Shown in pieces: positions 49,936 through 60,344 of a stretch of 64,000 nt of DNA. The stretch is from assembly GCA_903907925.1 (NCBI GenBank), contig CAIVQB010000143.1, positions 7,154-71,153 of the forward strand, written 5' to 3'. How positions within the stretch are numbered: the stretch's first letter is position 1; every line of letters begins with the position of its first letter. The position numbers and the translations under genes are program-made. The notes beneath the pieces are model-generated. The model saw nothing but the letters and a program-made list of their open reading frames with translations. It was not told the DNA's origin and searched no databases. Source of the stretch: an uncultured Verrucomicrobiota bacterium (GTDB taxonomy: Bacteria > Verrucomicrobiota > Verrucomicrobiia > Limisphaerales > UBA9464).

Positions 49936-51351
49936 ATGTCGCTCTTCAGTTATCTTTTTCGCATGCCAGAAAAAGAGGTCAGTGAGGTTCCCTTTGCCCA
50001 GCAGGATCTCTACGAAAAAGGGGTCGCGGCGCTGAAGAAGAACAACCTCGACTATGCCATCACGCTGTTCATGACGGTGCTGAGGTCCGAGCCAGGATTC
50101 TACCCGGCGCGCGAGGCGCTGCGGGCCACCCAGCACAAGCGCGCCACGGGCAAGACCAGCTTCTTCAAGAAGTTCGTCGGCTCGGCGAGCAGCCTCACTC
50201 GCGGTCAAATGGCTCTCCGATCGAATCCCGTCGAGGCGCTCCAGGTCGCCGAGGAGGTTCTCAATGACGATCCCGGCAACGTGGCCGCCCACGAACTTCT
50301 CGCCGCCGCCGCCATTGCCGCCGATCTTCCCAAGACCGCGGTCCTGTCCCTGGAAGTGGCCTTCAAAGGCAAGCCGGGTGACCGCCGCCTCGCGCTCCAG
50401 CTCGCTGAAGCGCTGGCCCGGTTGGGCAACCGGGCTCGTGCGGAAAAGATCCTTCACGAGTTGATGCGGTCGAATCCCAATGATCCCGACCTCAATGAAC
50501 GGCTCAAGAACCTCCTCGCCAACCGCACCATGGCGGAACAGGGCTATGGCGCGCTGGAAGGCGGACAGGGCAGCTACCGGGACATCATCCGCGACAAGGA
50601 GGAGGCCGTGTCACTCGAACAGGAAAAGCGCGCGGTCAAGGACGTCGATGTCGCGGCACGGCTGATCGCCGAGTTCGAGAAACGCCTGGCCACGGAAGGC
50701 AACAACCTCAAGTTGATGCGCGACATCGCCGAGTTGTATCGCAAGAAGAACGAATTCGACCGGGCGATCGAGTATTACGAACGCATCAATTCGACCAGCG
50801 GGATCAACGATCCCCTGATTCTCGAATTCATCCGGGAGACCCGCTCGGCCCGTTTCGATCATGAGGAACGGCAACTGGACACCACCGCCCCCGGTCATGC
50901 CGAACGCCTCGCCGAGATCCGTTCACGCCGCCAGCAGTGGCGGCTGGACGACACCAAGAACCGGGCGGATCTCAACCCGAGCGATCTTCACCTGCGGTAC
51001 GAACTGGGTGAATTGTATCTCGCCGAGGGACGGCTGGGCGAGGCCATCGCGGAGCTGCAAAAGGCGCAGAACAATCCGAACCGCCGCATCGCCGCCATGA
51101 ACCTCCTGGCCCAAGCCTTTGCCCGGCGAGGAATGAACGATCTGGCCGCCCGCAAGTTTCAGGAGGCGTTGAAGGAAAAGCAGATCTTCGACGACGAAGC
51201 CAAGGAGCTCCGCTACCAGCTCGGCTGTGTCCTGGAAAAGATCGGGAAACCACAAGACGCCATCGAGCAGTTCAAGTTGATCTACGAGCAGGACGTGGCC
51301 TACCGCGACGTCATGGCCCGGGTCGACAGCTTCTACGCCGCGCAGGGTTGA
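49936..51351 (+). CDS. TPR-repeat protein
   Basis: ATG at 49936 (MSLFSYLFRM...), immediately after the palindromic element. Multiple TPR-like helical pairs (e.g. LRYELGELYLAEGRLGEAIAELQKAQ). 471 aa. Confidence 0.75.
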   Translation: MSLFSYLFRMPEKEVSEVPFAQQDLYEKGVAALKKNNLDYAITLFMTVLRSEPGFYPAREALRATQHKRATGKTSFFKKFVGSASSLTRGQMALRSNPVEALQVAEEVLNDDPGNVAAHELLAAAAIAADLPKTAVLSLEVAFKGKPGDRRLALQLAEALARLGNRARAEKILHELMRSNPNDPDLNERLKNLLANRTMAEQGYGALEGGQGSYRDIIRDKEEAVSLEQEKRAVKDVDVAARLIAEFEKRLATEGNNLKLMRDIAELYRKKNEFDRAIEYYERINSTSGINDPLILEFIRETRSARFDHEERQLDTTAPGHAERLAEIRSRRQQWRLDDTKNRADLNPSDLHLRYELGELYLAEGRLGEAIAELQKAQNNPNRRIAAMNLLAQAFARRGMNDLAARKFQEALKEKQIFDDEAKELRYQLGCVLEKIGKPQDAIEQFKLIYEQDVAYRDVMARVDSFYAAQG

Positions 51352-51399
51352 GCCCGTCTCGTCCGGAACGATTCGGAAGAAGCAGAGAGGACACTGATT

Positions 51400-51819
51400 T
51401 CACGGATTTACACGGATTCCTGAAGAGTCGATTGAATCTGGCGGTGGTTCCACCTCACGCCCGGTCGCCATCTTCACCCGTCGCTTCCATTCGACGACCC
51501 CCACCTTCCGAGGGCGGGCGCGGCAATGCTGTTCGAAGCCGGGGAAGTTCCAAAGATTGGGAAAATCCCGACACTGCTGCGGCTTCACCGGATTCACCCG
51601 GCAATCATTCCCTTCAAGAAAAACACAGGCGCCACCAAGCTGGTCGACGAGCGCCAGTCCGTTCCGCGCCGCATTCAAGCGGGTGTAACGTTCGATAAAC
51701 TCGGGTTCATCGAGTTTCAGATAGGCCGAAAGGCGTGTAATCTCGACATCGGTCAGCCGGACCTGTCCCGGCCAGCGGCAACAGGCGGTGCAGCGATCGC
51801 ATTCGAGAAAGATCGGCAT
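51400..51819 (-). CDS. YkgJ-family cysteine-cluster (zinc/iron-chelating) protein
   Basis: N-terminal CDRCTACCRWPG cluster and a later C..FLEGNDC.V motif. 139 aa. Confidence 0.8.
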   Translation of the reverse strand: MPIFLECDRCTACCRWPGQVRLTDVEITRLSAYLKLDEPEFIERYTRLNAARNGLALVDQLGGACVFLEGNDCRVNPVKPQQCRDFPNLWNFPGFEQHCRARPRKVGVVEWKRRVKMATGREVEPPPDSIDSSGIRVNP

Positions 51820-51828
51820 CGCGGGTCC

Positions 51829-52467
51829 TCAGACTTCCATTCCTGGAATCGACCGGACGGGTCCCGAACGGACGAAGGCCGCTTCCCGCAGATATAACGG
51901 CGCCAACTGTTCGGCCTCGATCCATTCCCCGGCTTCAACGGCGATTCGTCCAATATCCGCAGCCGTCGGTGAAAGGGAAAGGCCGGAGCCGAGTCGCCGG
52001 ACCACTTCCGGACCGGCGACCGGTTGCCCCGCATCCACGCGGCGTTGAAGTTCGGCCCGGGACACCAATTCGATGGGGCCAATCCGGCTCCCTCCGGCAG
52101 CAGGTGCCACGGCGAACTCATCGCGCTGCGCATCGACCGCGAGCCAGGTCGTTTCCGGTGTGGTGATCTGACGGGCCAGCGCGTCGAAGCTGTTGATCCC
52201 GGCGACGCGGCATTCACGCCCGAGCCGCCATCCCTGAACCGCCGAAATGGCGATGCGAACGCCGGTGTAGCTCCCCGGCCCAAGACCCACGGCAAGATGA
52301 TCGACCAACCTACGCTCCACGCCCGCCTCCGCGAGGACGCGCGACACGAGTTCAAACACCGGCGTATGCCGCGAGCCTTCGTGCACCGCCTCGGCCAAAA
52401 CGATCCCGGAACGAAGCAGCGCGACACTCCGTCGGTCGGTTGAAAATTCAAAGGCCAGCAGGTTCAT
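51829..52467 (-). CDS. tsaB: tRNA t6A37 biosynthesis protein TsaB
   Basis: ATG at 52467 gives MNLLAFEFSTDRRSVALL. GLGPGSYTGVRIAISAVQG is the TsaB signature. The longer ORF version would overlap all of tsaE. Confidence 0.88.
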   Translation of the reverse strand: MNLLAFEFSTDRRSVALLRSGIVLAEAVHEGSRHTPVFELVSRVLAEAGVERRLVDHLAVGLGPGSYTGVRIAISAVQGWRLGRECRVAGINSFDALARQITTPETTWLAVDAQRDEFAVAPAAGGSRIGPIELVSRAELQRRVDAGQPVAGPEVVRRLGSGLSLSPTAADIGRIAVEAGEWIEAEQLAPLYLREAAFVRSGPVRSIPGMEV

Positions 52468-52936
52468 GGCGGATCTCGCGTTCCTCTTCTGAAACCGTTG
52501 TGAACTGCAACCGATGCAACCGCACTCCCCGGGGTGGCGTCGGATCGGTGCCGAACCATCGCTCAATCCATTCCACGACCGCGATGCCATCGGGACGAGT
52601 GAGTATCTCTTCCAACCCCGCCGACTGCACCTCGGCTGGAGAACCCAGGCGGTAGAGGTCGAGGTGATAAATCGGACAGCGTCCGCCCTCGTAAAGGTTG
52701 AGCAGGGCGAAGGTGGGGGAATGAACCCGGCCTTTGAAATCGAGGCCGCGGGCAAATCCACGCACCCAGGCGGTCTTCCCGGCTCCGAGATCACCACTCA
52801 ATCCAAACACTTCGCCCGACTGCGCCCGCCGGGCCAGCGCCTCGCCCAGCGCCTCGGTCTCAGCGACGGAACGACAACGCCAAACGGTCGCCATCGGTTG
52901 CAAACGGGAACGCGCCGGATCAGCGGAAGTGTTCAT
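52448..52936 (-). CDS. tsaE: tRNA t6A37 biosynthesis ATPase TsaE
   Basis: LSGDLGAGKTAWVRGF (P-loop), SPTFALLNLY, HLDLYRL. Overlaps the tsaB start by 20 nt. Confidence 0.88.
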   Translation of the reverse strand: MNTSADPARSRLQPMATVWRCRSVAETEALGEALARRAQSGEVFGLSGDLGAGKTAWVRGFARGLDFKGRVHSPTFALLNLYEGGRCPIYHLDLYRLGSPAEVQSAGLEEILTRPDGIAVVEWIERWFGTDPTPPRGVRLHRLQFTTVSEEEREIRHEPAGL

Positions 52937-53867
52937 ATCCCTTTCCAATCATGGGCCGCATCCCATCCTCACCGCACAGCCAGATCCCGGGGCGATCGGT
53001 GATCTTCCCGATGCAGGCGAGCGGCACGTCGGGGAACGCGGACCGCCAACCGTCCAAAATATCCACCGCATCGCGCGGAGCCACCGTGAACAACAGTTCA
53101 AAATCCTCGCCGTCGGTCAGCGCCGCCACGATGGGCGGCTTTGCTGAATCGCTCGATCGAGCGCCGAGCCGGGCCGCCCGTCGAATGGGGATGGCGCTCT
53201 TCAGCAACTCCGCCCCGATAACAGGTTCTCCCGGCGCGCCCGACCCCAGCAGATGCGGGAGGTCTCCGGCGAGTCCATCGCTGACATCGATCATTGAATG
53301 AATCATTCCGGAACCGGCGAGCCATCGCCCTTCCCGGAGACGCGGTTCAAAATCGAGATGATGGCCATGAATGGATCCCCCGAGTTCGCCGGTGACAAAC
53401 AGCGCGTCCCCCGGTCGCGCACCGGTCCGGAGCACCGCGCGCCCGGCGGCGACCGTTCCGAGTAGCGAGATGCTGATAAGCAACCGGTCCGGATTCGTGG
53501 TCGTTTCGCCGCCGACGATGGCGACGTCGTGGGCTTCGGCGAGTGCCCGCAATCCCCGATAGATTCCCTCCACACGATCCGGATTGTAGCCGGGGGGAAG
53601 TCCGAGCGTGACAACCGCAGCCGTCGGCGTGCCTCCCATCGCCGCGATGTCGCTGAGACAACGGGCGAGGGCCTTGCGTCCGACGCGTTCGGGTTCCGTG
53701 TCGGCCAGAAAATGAAACCCCTCCACCACCGCGTCGGTTTTGAAGAGCAGTTCGTTTCCGGGAAGCGGCGCGGAAAGGACGGCGCAGTCGTCGCCCGCCC
53801 CGTGCACCACCAAAGGCGTCCGGGGCAGGAGCGGCTTCAAACGGGAGATGAGTTCGAATTCCGTCAT
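52920..53867 (-). CDS. thiL: Thiamine-monophosphate kinase ThiL
   Basis: ATG at 53867 gives MTEFELISRL...GAGDDCAVL, followed by the AIR-synthase-like fold motifs DIAAMGG and GGDTT-like (VGGETTTN). 315 aa. Confidence 0.9.
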   Translation of the reverse strand: MTEFELISRLKPLLPRTPLVVHGAGDDCAVLSAPLPGNELLFKTDAVVEGFHFLADTEPERVGRKALARCLSDIAAMGGTPTAAVVTLGLPPGYNPDRVEGIYRGLRALAEAHDVAIVGGETTTNPDRLLISISLLGTVAAGRAVLRTGARPGDALFVTGELGGSIHGHHLDFEPRLREGRWLAGSGMIHSMIDVSDGLAGDLPHLLGSGAPGEPVIGAELLKSAIPIRRAARLGARSSDSAKPPIVAALTDGEDFELLFTVAPRDAVDILDGWRSAFPDVPLACIGKITDRPGIWLCGEDGMRPMIGKGYEHFR

Positions 53868-54622
53868 GGCGTCCCTCCAGCGTCGCCAAAGTGCCAGCCG
53901 AGGGCCAGCACCACGAAGGGCACGAGATTGAACAACGCATGCGCGGCGATGCAGGCCAGGAGATTCCCGCTGCGGTTGTAGAGCCAGGCCAGCGCCGCGC
54001 CAAACACCGTTAGCGGAAGAAACGCCGGCAGATTGGTGTGAACCAGTCCAAAAAACACCGCAGTCACCCAGAGGGCGGCACGGGGATGCCCGAGATCGCG
54101 CAGGCAGGTGAAGAACACACCGCGGAACAGCATCTCCTCGACGGCCGGCGCCACGCCGACCGCGAACACCGCCAGGCCGGCCCGCTGCCAGACGCTCCCG
54201 TTGGCCAGCAGGTGTTCGACGGCCGCCTGGGGTGCCGCTGGAAGTCCGGTTTTTTTGAGCACGACGATGCTCAACCACTGGAGGGAATACGCCACCGGCA
54301 GGACGATCAACGCCAGTCCGACGCCCTGCATCACGGCAGGAAGAACCGGCCCGCGGCGCCAGCCAAAGGCGTCAGCCCACTTGCGATCATGGGTGTGGAG
54401 GAACCAGGCCAGACCCGCCAGCAGGGCTGCTTGGAATCCGAGCGTGCCCCCCATGACTTCGCGGAAGCTCAACGCGGGTGGTGGCGGTGCTCCCGCCCGT
54501 TCGAACAGGCGCGCTCCCATGCCCATCACCGCGAGGATGATGAGGGGAACGGCAAACGCGGCGACCCGTTCCGGGCGCCAATCCTTGCGCGACAACACCC
54601 CGGAACCGTGGCCTTCCCACAC
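53864..54622 (-). CDS. CPBP-family intramembrane glutamic endopeptidase (CAAX protease-like)
   Basis: Polytopic membrane protein with EEMLFRGVFF, FGLVH and AHALFN motifs. ATGA overlap with thiL. Confidence 0.85.
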   Translation of the reverse strand: MWEGHGSGVLSRKDWRPERVAAFAVPLIILAVMGMGARLFERAGAPPPPALSFREVMGGTLGFQAALLAGLAWFLHTHDRKWADAFGWRRGPVLPAVMQGVGLALIVLPVAYSLQWLSIVVLKKTGLPAAPQAAVEHLLANGSVWQRAGLAVFAVGVAPAVEEMLFRGVFFTCLRDLGHPRAALWVTAVFFGLVHTNLPAFLPLTVFGAALAWLYNRSGNLLACIAAHALFNLVPFVVLALGWHFGDAGGTP

Positions 54623-54725
54623 CGGTTGACGCCAGAAAGTTCCGTTTGGAGCCGCTTTCGGATTGGTGTTACATCCCGCCCGTTCGCAGTCGAATCATCC
54701 GATCCAACCCCTCCGCCCGCACCTC

Positions 54726-56961
54726 ATGACCCAACCCGCTCACGTCTGGCATTTTTTTTCGCGCCGGCGGCTTCGACCAGGTCCGCCTCGACTCAGGCGC
54801 CGATCTCCTCGCCCTCGACCAGCTCGATCAAAAGCTCTGGACCGCCCTAGCCTGTCCCACCACCGGACTCGAATTCGACAAGCAAACCCTTGCGCTCATC
54901 GACACCGACAAGGACGGACGGGTCCGCGCTCCGGAATTGATCGCCGCCGTGCGTTGGGCGGCCGGACTGCTCAAGAACCCCGATGAACTCGTCAAAGGCC
55001 AGGCCACCCTGCCGCTGGCCTCGATCAATGACGCGACTCCGGAAGGCCACACCGTGCTGGCCTCGGCCCGGACGATCCTCGCCAGCCTCGGCCAATCCGC
55101 CGCCACCGAAATCTCCCTCGACGACACCGGAAACACCGCCCGCATCTTCGCCCAGACCGCCTTTAACGGCGACGGTATCATCGTCGCCGAATCCGCCGAA
55201 GACGACGCCACCCGCGCCGTAGTGGCCGACATCATCGCCACTCACGGCTCCGATGTGGATCGCTCCGGCAAGCCGGGAATCAGCCAGGCCCGCGTGGACG
55301 CCTTCTTCACCGATGCCGCGGCGTTTGACGGCTGGACCCGCATCGCGGAATCCAATGCCGCCACCGTCCTCCCGATCGGTCCCGGCACCGCCGCCGCCAG
55401 CGCCGCGGTGAAGGCGGTTCGGACCAAGATCGACGACTTTTTTGGCCGGTGCCGGTTGGCCGCCTTCGATCCCCGCGCCACCGCCGCCCTCAATCGCGAG
55501 GAGAAGGAATACCTCGTCCTTGCGACGAAGGATCTGACCATTACCGCCGCGGAAGTGGCCGGATTCCCGCTGTTTCAGATCGCACCCGGCCGGGCGCTGC
55601 CGCTGGGTACGGGCGTCAACCCCGCCTGGGCGGCCGCTGTCGACACCTTCCGCGCCGCCGCGGCCGTTCCGCTCCTCGGGGATCGCGGTGAACTGACCGA
55701 ATCCGATTGGGCCATGCTCCAGGCGCGTCTCGCGCCGTACGATGCCTGGATCGCCGCCAAGGCCGGAGCCGGCGTGGAGAAGCTCGGCATCGAACGCATT
55801 CGCGCCATTCTCGCCGGCACCGCCCGCGAAACCCTCACTGCCCTGATCGCCCGCGACAAAGCCCTCGAAGGCGAAGTCAGCGCCGTGGGTACGGTGGAGA
55901 AATTGATCCGCTACCATCGGGACCTCGGGAAACTCTGCCGAAATTTCGTCAATTTCGCCGACTTCTACGGCCGGCCTCACAAGGCGATCTTTCAATCGGG
56001 AACCCTGTTTCTCGACCAGCGCAGTTGCGAACTCTGCCTCGACGTCACCGAAGCCGGCCGTCACGCCAGCATGGCCGGAATGGCGGGAACCTATCTCGCC
56101 TATGTGGATTGCGTCCGGAAGGGGACGGGGGAAAAACGCAGCATCGTCGCCGCTTTTACCGACGGAGATTCCGACAACCTGATGGTCGGTCGAAACGGCC
56201 TGTTCTATGACCGCCAGGGCCTCGACTACGACGCGACCATCACCAAAATCATCGAGAACCCGATCAGCATCCGCCAGGCGTTCTGGTCGCCCTACAAGAA
56301 ATTGGTGCGCCTGATTGAGGAACAAGTGGCCAAACGCGCCGCGGCGGCCGATGCCGACGCCAGCGCCCAACTCGCCGCCGCCGCCGACACGGCGGCCAAC
56401 CTCGACAAGACCAAGCCGGTGGATCCCAAGAAGCCCGACGCGGGCAAGATCGACGTCGGCACCGTCGCGGCGATGGGCGTCGCCGTCGGTGCCATCGGCA
56501 CCGCCTTCGCCACCCTGTTCGCAAAGATGACGGGGCTGTTTGAATTGCCGTTCTGGAAGATGACCATCGCCCTCTCTGGGCTGATGCTGCTGATTTCGGG
56601 ACCGTCGATGCTGATCGCCTTGCTGAAGCTGCGGAAGCGCAACCTCGGCCCGATTCTGGACGCCAACGGTTGGGCGGTGAACGCCAAGGCCAAGGTCAAC
56701 GTGCCCTTCGGCACCTCACTCACCGGTGTGGCCCAACTTCCGCCGGGATCGGTTGCGTCCGCTGTTGACGATTCCTTTGCCGAGACACCGGCGAAGTGGC
56801 CAAAACTGGTTCTGGCCGCCTGGGTGGTGATCTTCATCCTCAGTCTCGCCAACGAGTTCGGATTTGTTCCGGAGAACTTCGGAGGAACGCCCAAAAAGAA
56901 GGTAACAACCGAGAAGACGGTCCTCGTTGACGTTTCCACCAACGCGCCGGCCTCCAAATAG
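54726..56961 (+). CDS. Uncharacterised ~745-aa protein with a canonical EF-hand loop and C-terminal TM segments; apparent +1 frameshift in a T8 tract
   Basis: The long ORF frame is open from 54730 but has no ATG/GTG/TTG before the TTG at 54937. The ATG at 54726 lies one frame off and joins the long frame if one T of the T8 run (54752-54759) is skipped. The EF-hand loop DTDKDGRVRAPE (54904-54939) ends at that TTG codon, so it would be lost with a TTG start. Hydrophobic helices near the C-terminus. Confidence 0.65.
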
Positions 56962-56998
56962 GATTCGATCCCGCCAGCCTCGCAGCCCCCATTTCATG

Positions 56999-57035
56999 CC
57001 CGGCCGGACGCCCCTCCAGCCGGGTTTTTGTTTTT
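56999..57035 (+). terminator. Putative rho-independent terminator
   Basis: CCCGGC...GCCGGG stem followed by TTTTTGTTTTT, about 40 nt after the stop at 56961. Confidence 0.6.
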
Positions 57036-57069
57036 GGACCCGGAGGAATTCCGCCTAGAGTTCCGACCC

Positions 57070-59175
57070 GTGAGCACCGCCAGCCCCACCCCTCCGTCCA
57101 CGCCGTCGCCCTCGTCTTCCGCGACGCCCGCGCATACCAATCATCTGGCGACGGAACATTCCCCCTACCTGCTGCAACACGCCCACAATCCGGTCGAATG
57201 GTATCCGTGGGGTGACGCCGCCTTCATCCGCGCCAAGGCCGAGGACAAACCCATCCTGCTCAGCATCGGCTATTCCACCTGCCATTGGTGTCATGTGATG
57301 GAGCGCGAATCCTTCGAGGACGAAAAGGTCGGTGCCTATCTCCGCGATCATTTTATCAGCATCAAGGTCGATCGCGAGGAACGTCCGGACGTGGACAAGA
57401 TTTACATGAACTTCGTGCAGATCACCACCGGTGGCGGTGGCTGGCCGCTCAACGTGTTTCTGACGCCGGATCTCAAGCCCTTCTACGGAGGTACCTACTG
57501 GCCACCGCAATCGAGACAGGGTCGTCCGGGGTTCCTGGCGGTTCTGGAGCGCGTGGTGGAATTGTGGACCACGCGCCGACACGATCTCGATGCCTCAGCG
57601 AACGAACTCGCCGCCAAGCTACAATCGATGGCCGAGCACGAGGCGGCCAATGCCTTCCCGGCCGGTGAACGCGAACTGCGCGGCGCCGGCGAAAGTTTTC
57701 TACACGAGTTCGACTCGATCCACGGTGGTTTCGGCGGCGCGCCGAAGTTTCCACGGCCCAGTCAGCCGCTGTACCTGCTGCGATACGCGCGGCGGTTCGA
57801 CAGCGCGGACGCCCGGAAGGCGGTGTTGAAGACCTGCGACGGAATGGCGGCCGGCGGCATGAACGATCAATTGGGCGGCGGCTTTGCCCGCTACAGCGTC
57901 GATGAACGCTGGCTGGTCCCTCATTTCGAAAAGATGCTCTACGACAACGCCCAGCTCGTGCAGCTCTATCTCGACGCCTACCAGACGGCGAAACTGCCCC
58001 GGCACGCGGCGGTCGTGCGCGCCACCCTGGGTTATGTACTGCGGGACATGACCCATCCCGAGGGTGGATTCTTTTCCGCCGAGGACGCCGACAGCGAAGG
58101 GCAGGAGGGCAAGTTCTATTGCTGGACCCGGAAGGAACTCAGCGCGTTGCTGACCCCGGAGGAATTCAACGTGACGGTGAAGCATTTCGGCATCACCGAG
58201 GCGGGCAACTTCGTCGATCACAGCCATCCTCATCCGCTGCCCCACCTCAACGTCCTCAGCCTCGTCGGCCCCGCACTGTCGGCCCACGACCAGACGATTC
58301 TGGATTCGGCGACCCGCAAGATGATCGAGGTCCGATCGCATCGCATCCGGCCGCATCGCGATGACAAGGTATTGGCGTCATGGAACGGCATGATGCTGGG
58401 GGCCTTCGCCCGGGCGTGGGTTGTGCTGCAGGACGAGGAATATCGGACCGCAGCCGAACGAAACCTCGCTTTCATCAAGAGCCATCTCTGGGATGCCACC
58501 ACCAAAACCCTGGCGCATCGATGGCGTGAGGGACATGTCGAGGCCGTGCAGATCGTCGACAGCTACGCCAACGTCCTGGCCGGTGTGGTGGATCTGTACG
58601 AGGCCACGGTGGATCCGCGCCATTTGGAGTTCGCCATCAGTCTGGCCAACGCGTTGATCGAGCGGTTCTACGATCCGAAGGACGGTGGATTCTGGCAAAG
58701 CGCACCCGGCACTCCGCACCTGCTTGTGCGTCACAAGGAGGACTACGACGGCGCGGAACCCTCGGGCAATAGCGTCGCCGCCCTGGCCCTGCTGAAGCTG
58801 GCGGCCATCTGCGATCGAAAGGACTGGCGCGAAGCAGCGGAGAAGACCATCCGACTATTCGCACAACGCCTGCATCAGACACCGCAGGCCGTACCGCATT
58901 TGCTGCTCGCCTTGGATTTCGCGCTGCAGGAGCCCAAGCGGGTGGTGCTGGCCGGCGATTGGACCTGCGGCAGCACCGCGGCACTACTGCATGCCGCCCA
59001 TTCCGGATTCCAACCCCACAAGGTCGTTCTCGGAAACCGCGGACCAGTCGATGCCTTTTCCCGCACGCTTCCGGAGAACGAAGAATTCACCCAGGCCTAC
59101 TGCTGCACGGGAACCGCCTGTCAGCCGCCCACGCGGGAAGCGGCCAAGGTGGAGGCTTTTCTGGCGGCGAAGTGA
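57070..59175 (+). CDS. Thioredoxin-domain protein, DUF255/YyaL family (N-acylglucosamine-epimerase-like C-terminal domain)
   Basis: [22 protein letters not shown]...[10 protein letters not shown] is the family hallmark. The start is uncertain: I chose GTG 57070 because the TTG codons at 57028/57034 lie inside the upstream terminator T-run. Confidence 0.85.
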   Translation: MSTASPTPPSTPSPSSSATPAHTNHLATEHSPYLLQHAHNPVEWYPWGDAAFIRAKAEDKPILLSIGYSTCHWCHVMERESFEDEKVGAYLRDHFISIKVDREERPDVDKIYMNFVQITTGGGGWPLNVFLTPDLKPFYGGTYWPPQSRQGRPGFLAVLERVVELWTTRRHDLDASANELAAKLQSMAEHEAANAFPAGERELRGAGESFLHEFDSIHGGFGGAPKFPRPSQPLYLLRYARRFDSADARKAVLKTCDGMAAGGMNDQLGGGFARYSVDERWLVPHFEKMLYDNAQLVQLYLDAYQTAKLPRHAAVVRATLGYVLRDMTHPEGGFFSAEDADSEGQEGKFYCWTRKELSALLTPEEFNVTVKHFGITEAGNFVDHSHPHPLPHLNVLSLVGPALSAHDQTILDSATRKMIEVRSHRIRPHRDDKVLASWNGMMLGAFARAWVVLQDEEYRTAAERNLAFIKSHLWDATTKTLAHRWREGHVEAVQIVDSYANVLAGVVDLYEATVDPRHLEFAISLANALIERFYDPKDGGFWQSAPGTPHLLVRHKEDYDGAEPSGNSVAALALLKLAAICDRKDWREAAEKTIRLFAQRLHQTPQAVPHLLLALDFALQEPKRVVLAGDWTCGSTAALLHAAHSGFQPHKVVLGNRGPVDAFSRTLPENEEFTQAYCCTGTACQPPTREAAKVEAFLAAK

Positions 59176-59321
59176 ACCCACCACGGTTTCCCACAAAATC
59201 GACGCATCGGCGACGGAGGCGAAATCGGCTAAAAACCACTCAATGCCGGCCCATTTCTTCCATTCCGGGCCGACGGGCGGCCATCGGCTTGCCGGCAACC
59301 GTTTATAAAATGAAAAACCCA

Positions 59322-59349
59322 TTGACCTTTCCCCCCCATTTCCTAGAGT
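59322..59349 (+). promoter_or_regulatory. Candidate sigma-70 promoter of rplM-rpsI
   Basis: TTGACC (59322-59327), a 16-nt spacer, then TAGAGT (59344-59349), about 25 nt upstream of the rplM ATG. Sequence pattern only. Confidence 0.35.
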
Positions 59350-59374
59350 TTCCGCTCCTTTGTCTGGGAAACTG

Positions 59375-59809
59375 ATGAAAACTTTTTTGCCGAAAGTAGA
59401 TGTGCAGCGACGCAAGTGGCGCGTGATTGATGCCAATGGCGCTGTGCTCGGCCGTCTCGCCGTCCAAGTCGCCGATGCCCTCCGTGGCAAGGACAAGCCC
59501 ATTTTTACCGCGCACCTCGACGCGGGAGACTTCGTTGTCGTGATCAATGCCGAGAAGGTCGTCCTGACCGGCAAGAAGGAATCCGACAAGGAGTTCATGA
59601 GCTATTCCGGATGGAAGGGCGGCGAAAGCTACCGGACCGTCGCCCAGGTCCGTGCCGCTCATCCCGAGCGGTTGGTCATGCACGCCGTCAAGGGCATGCT
59701 GCCCAAGAACCGGCTTGGCGATCAGCTCCTGACCAAGCTCAAAGTTTACGTCGGTGAGACTCATCCTCACACCGCGCAGAATCCGGACAAAATGACCTAC
59801 ACCGGCTGA
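59375..59809 (+). CDS. rplM: 50S ribosomal protein L13
   Basis: [29 protein letters not shown]..., canonical L13. 144 aa. Confidence 0.95.
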   Translation: MKTFLPKVDVQRRKWRVIDANGAVLGRLAVQVADALRGKDKPIFTAHLDAGDFVVVINAEKVVLTGKKESDKEFMSYSGWKGGESYRTVAQVRAAHPERLVMHAVKGMLPKNRLGDQLLTKLKVYVGETHPHTAQNPDKMTYTG

Positions 59810-59846
59810 CCGGTTTCGGACTTCCGTTCGCAATCCCTTTTCAAAC

Positions 59847-60242
59847 ATGGCTCAAGTCGTCGAATTCCTCGGTACCGGCCGCCGCAAGACCAGCGTCGCC
59901 CGCGTTCGCATCACCCCGGGCACCGGCAAGATTGTCGTCAATCGCCGCACGTTCGAGGGGTATTTCCCCCTTGAATCGCAGCGCATGACCGTCCAGCAGC
60001 CGTTTGTCGCCACCGCGACCACCGGCAAGTTCGACGTGAAGATCAATGTAAATGGTGGTGGTCCTGCCGGCCAGGCCGGTGCCGTCCGCCATGGCATTGC
60101 CCGCGCCCTGCTCTCCAGTGATGTGGCCTTCAAGCCCGCTCTGCGCGCTGAAATGCTGCTGACCCGCGATCCTCGTATGAAGGAACGCAAGAAGTACGGC
60201 CAGCCCGGCGCCCGCAAGCGGTTCCAGTTCAGCAAACGTTGA
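59847..60242 (+). CDS. rpsI: 30S ribosomal protein S9
   Basis: [13 protein letters not shown]...[19 protein letters not shown]...[25 protein letters not shown], canonical S9. Confidence 0.95.
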   Translation: MAQVVEFLGTGRRKTSVARVRITPGTGKIVVNRRTFEGYFPLESQRMTVQQPFVATATTGKFDVKINVNGGGPAGQAGAVRHGIARALLSSDVAFKPALRAEMLLTRDPRMKERKKYGQPGARKRFQFSKR

Positions 60243-60260
60243 TCGGACCTTCCCTTTCGA

Positions 60261-60296
60261 AAACCCCGCTGGCTCACGCCGGTGGGGTTTTTTGTT
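60261..60296 (+). terminator. Rho-independent terminator after rpsI
   Basis: AAACCCCGCTGG-loop-CCGGTGGGGTTT stem (with G-U pairs) followed by a T-run. Confidence 0.7.
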
Positions 60297-60344
60297 GTCT
60301 TTACCCCGACCTCACGTCATCCGCTGGTCCCTCCATTCATCGCC

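Noticed and set aside
51829-52797. Long versions of the tsaB ORF (to 52797) and the thiL ORF (52920..54278)
   Set aside because: The extensions would fully overlap tsaE and the CPBP protease gene respectively. Internal ATGs at 52467 and 53867 give canonical TsaB (MNLLAFEFST) and ThiL (MTEFELISRL) N-termini.
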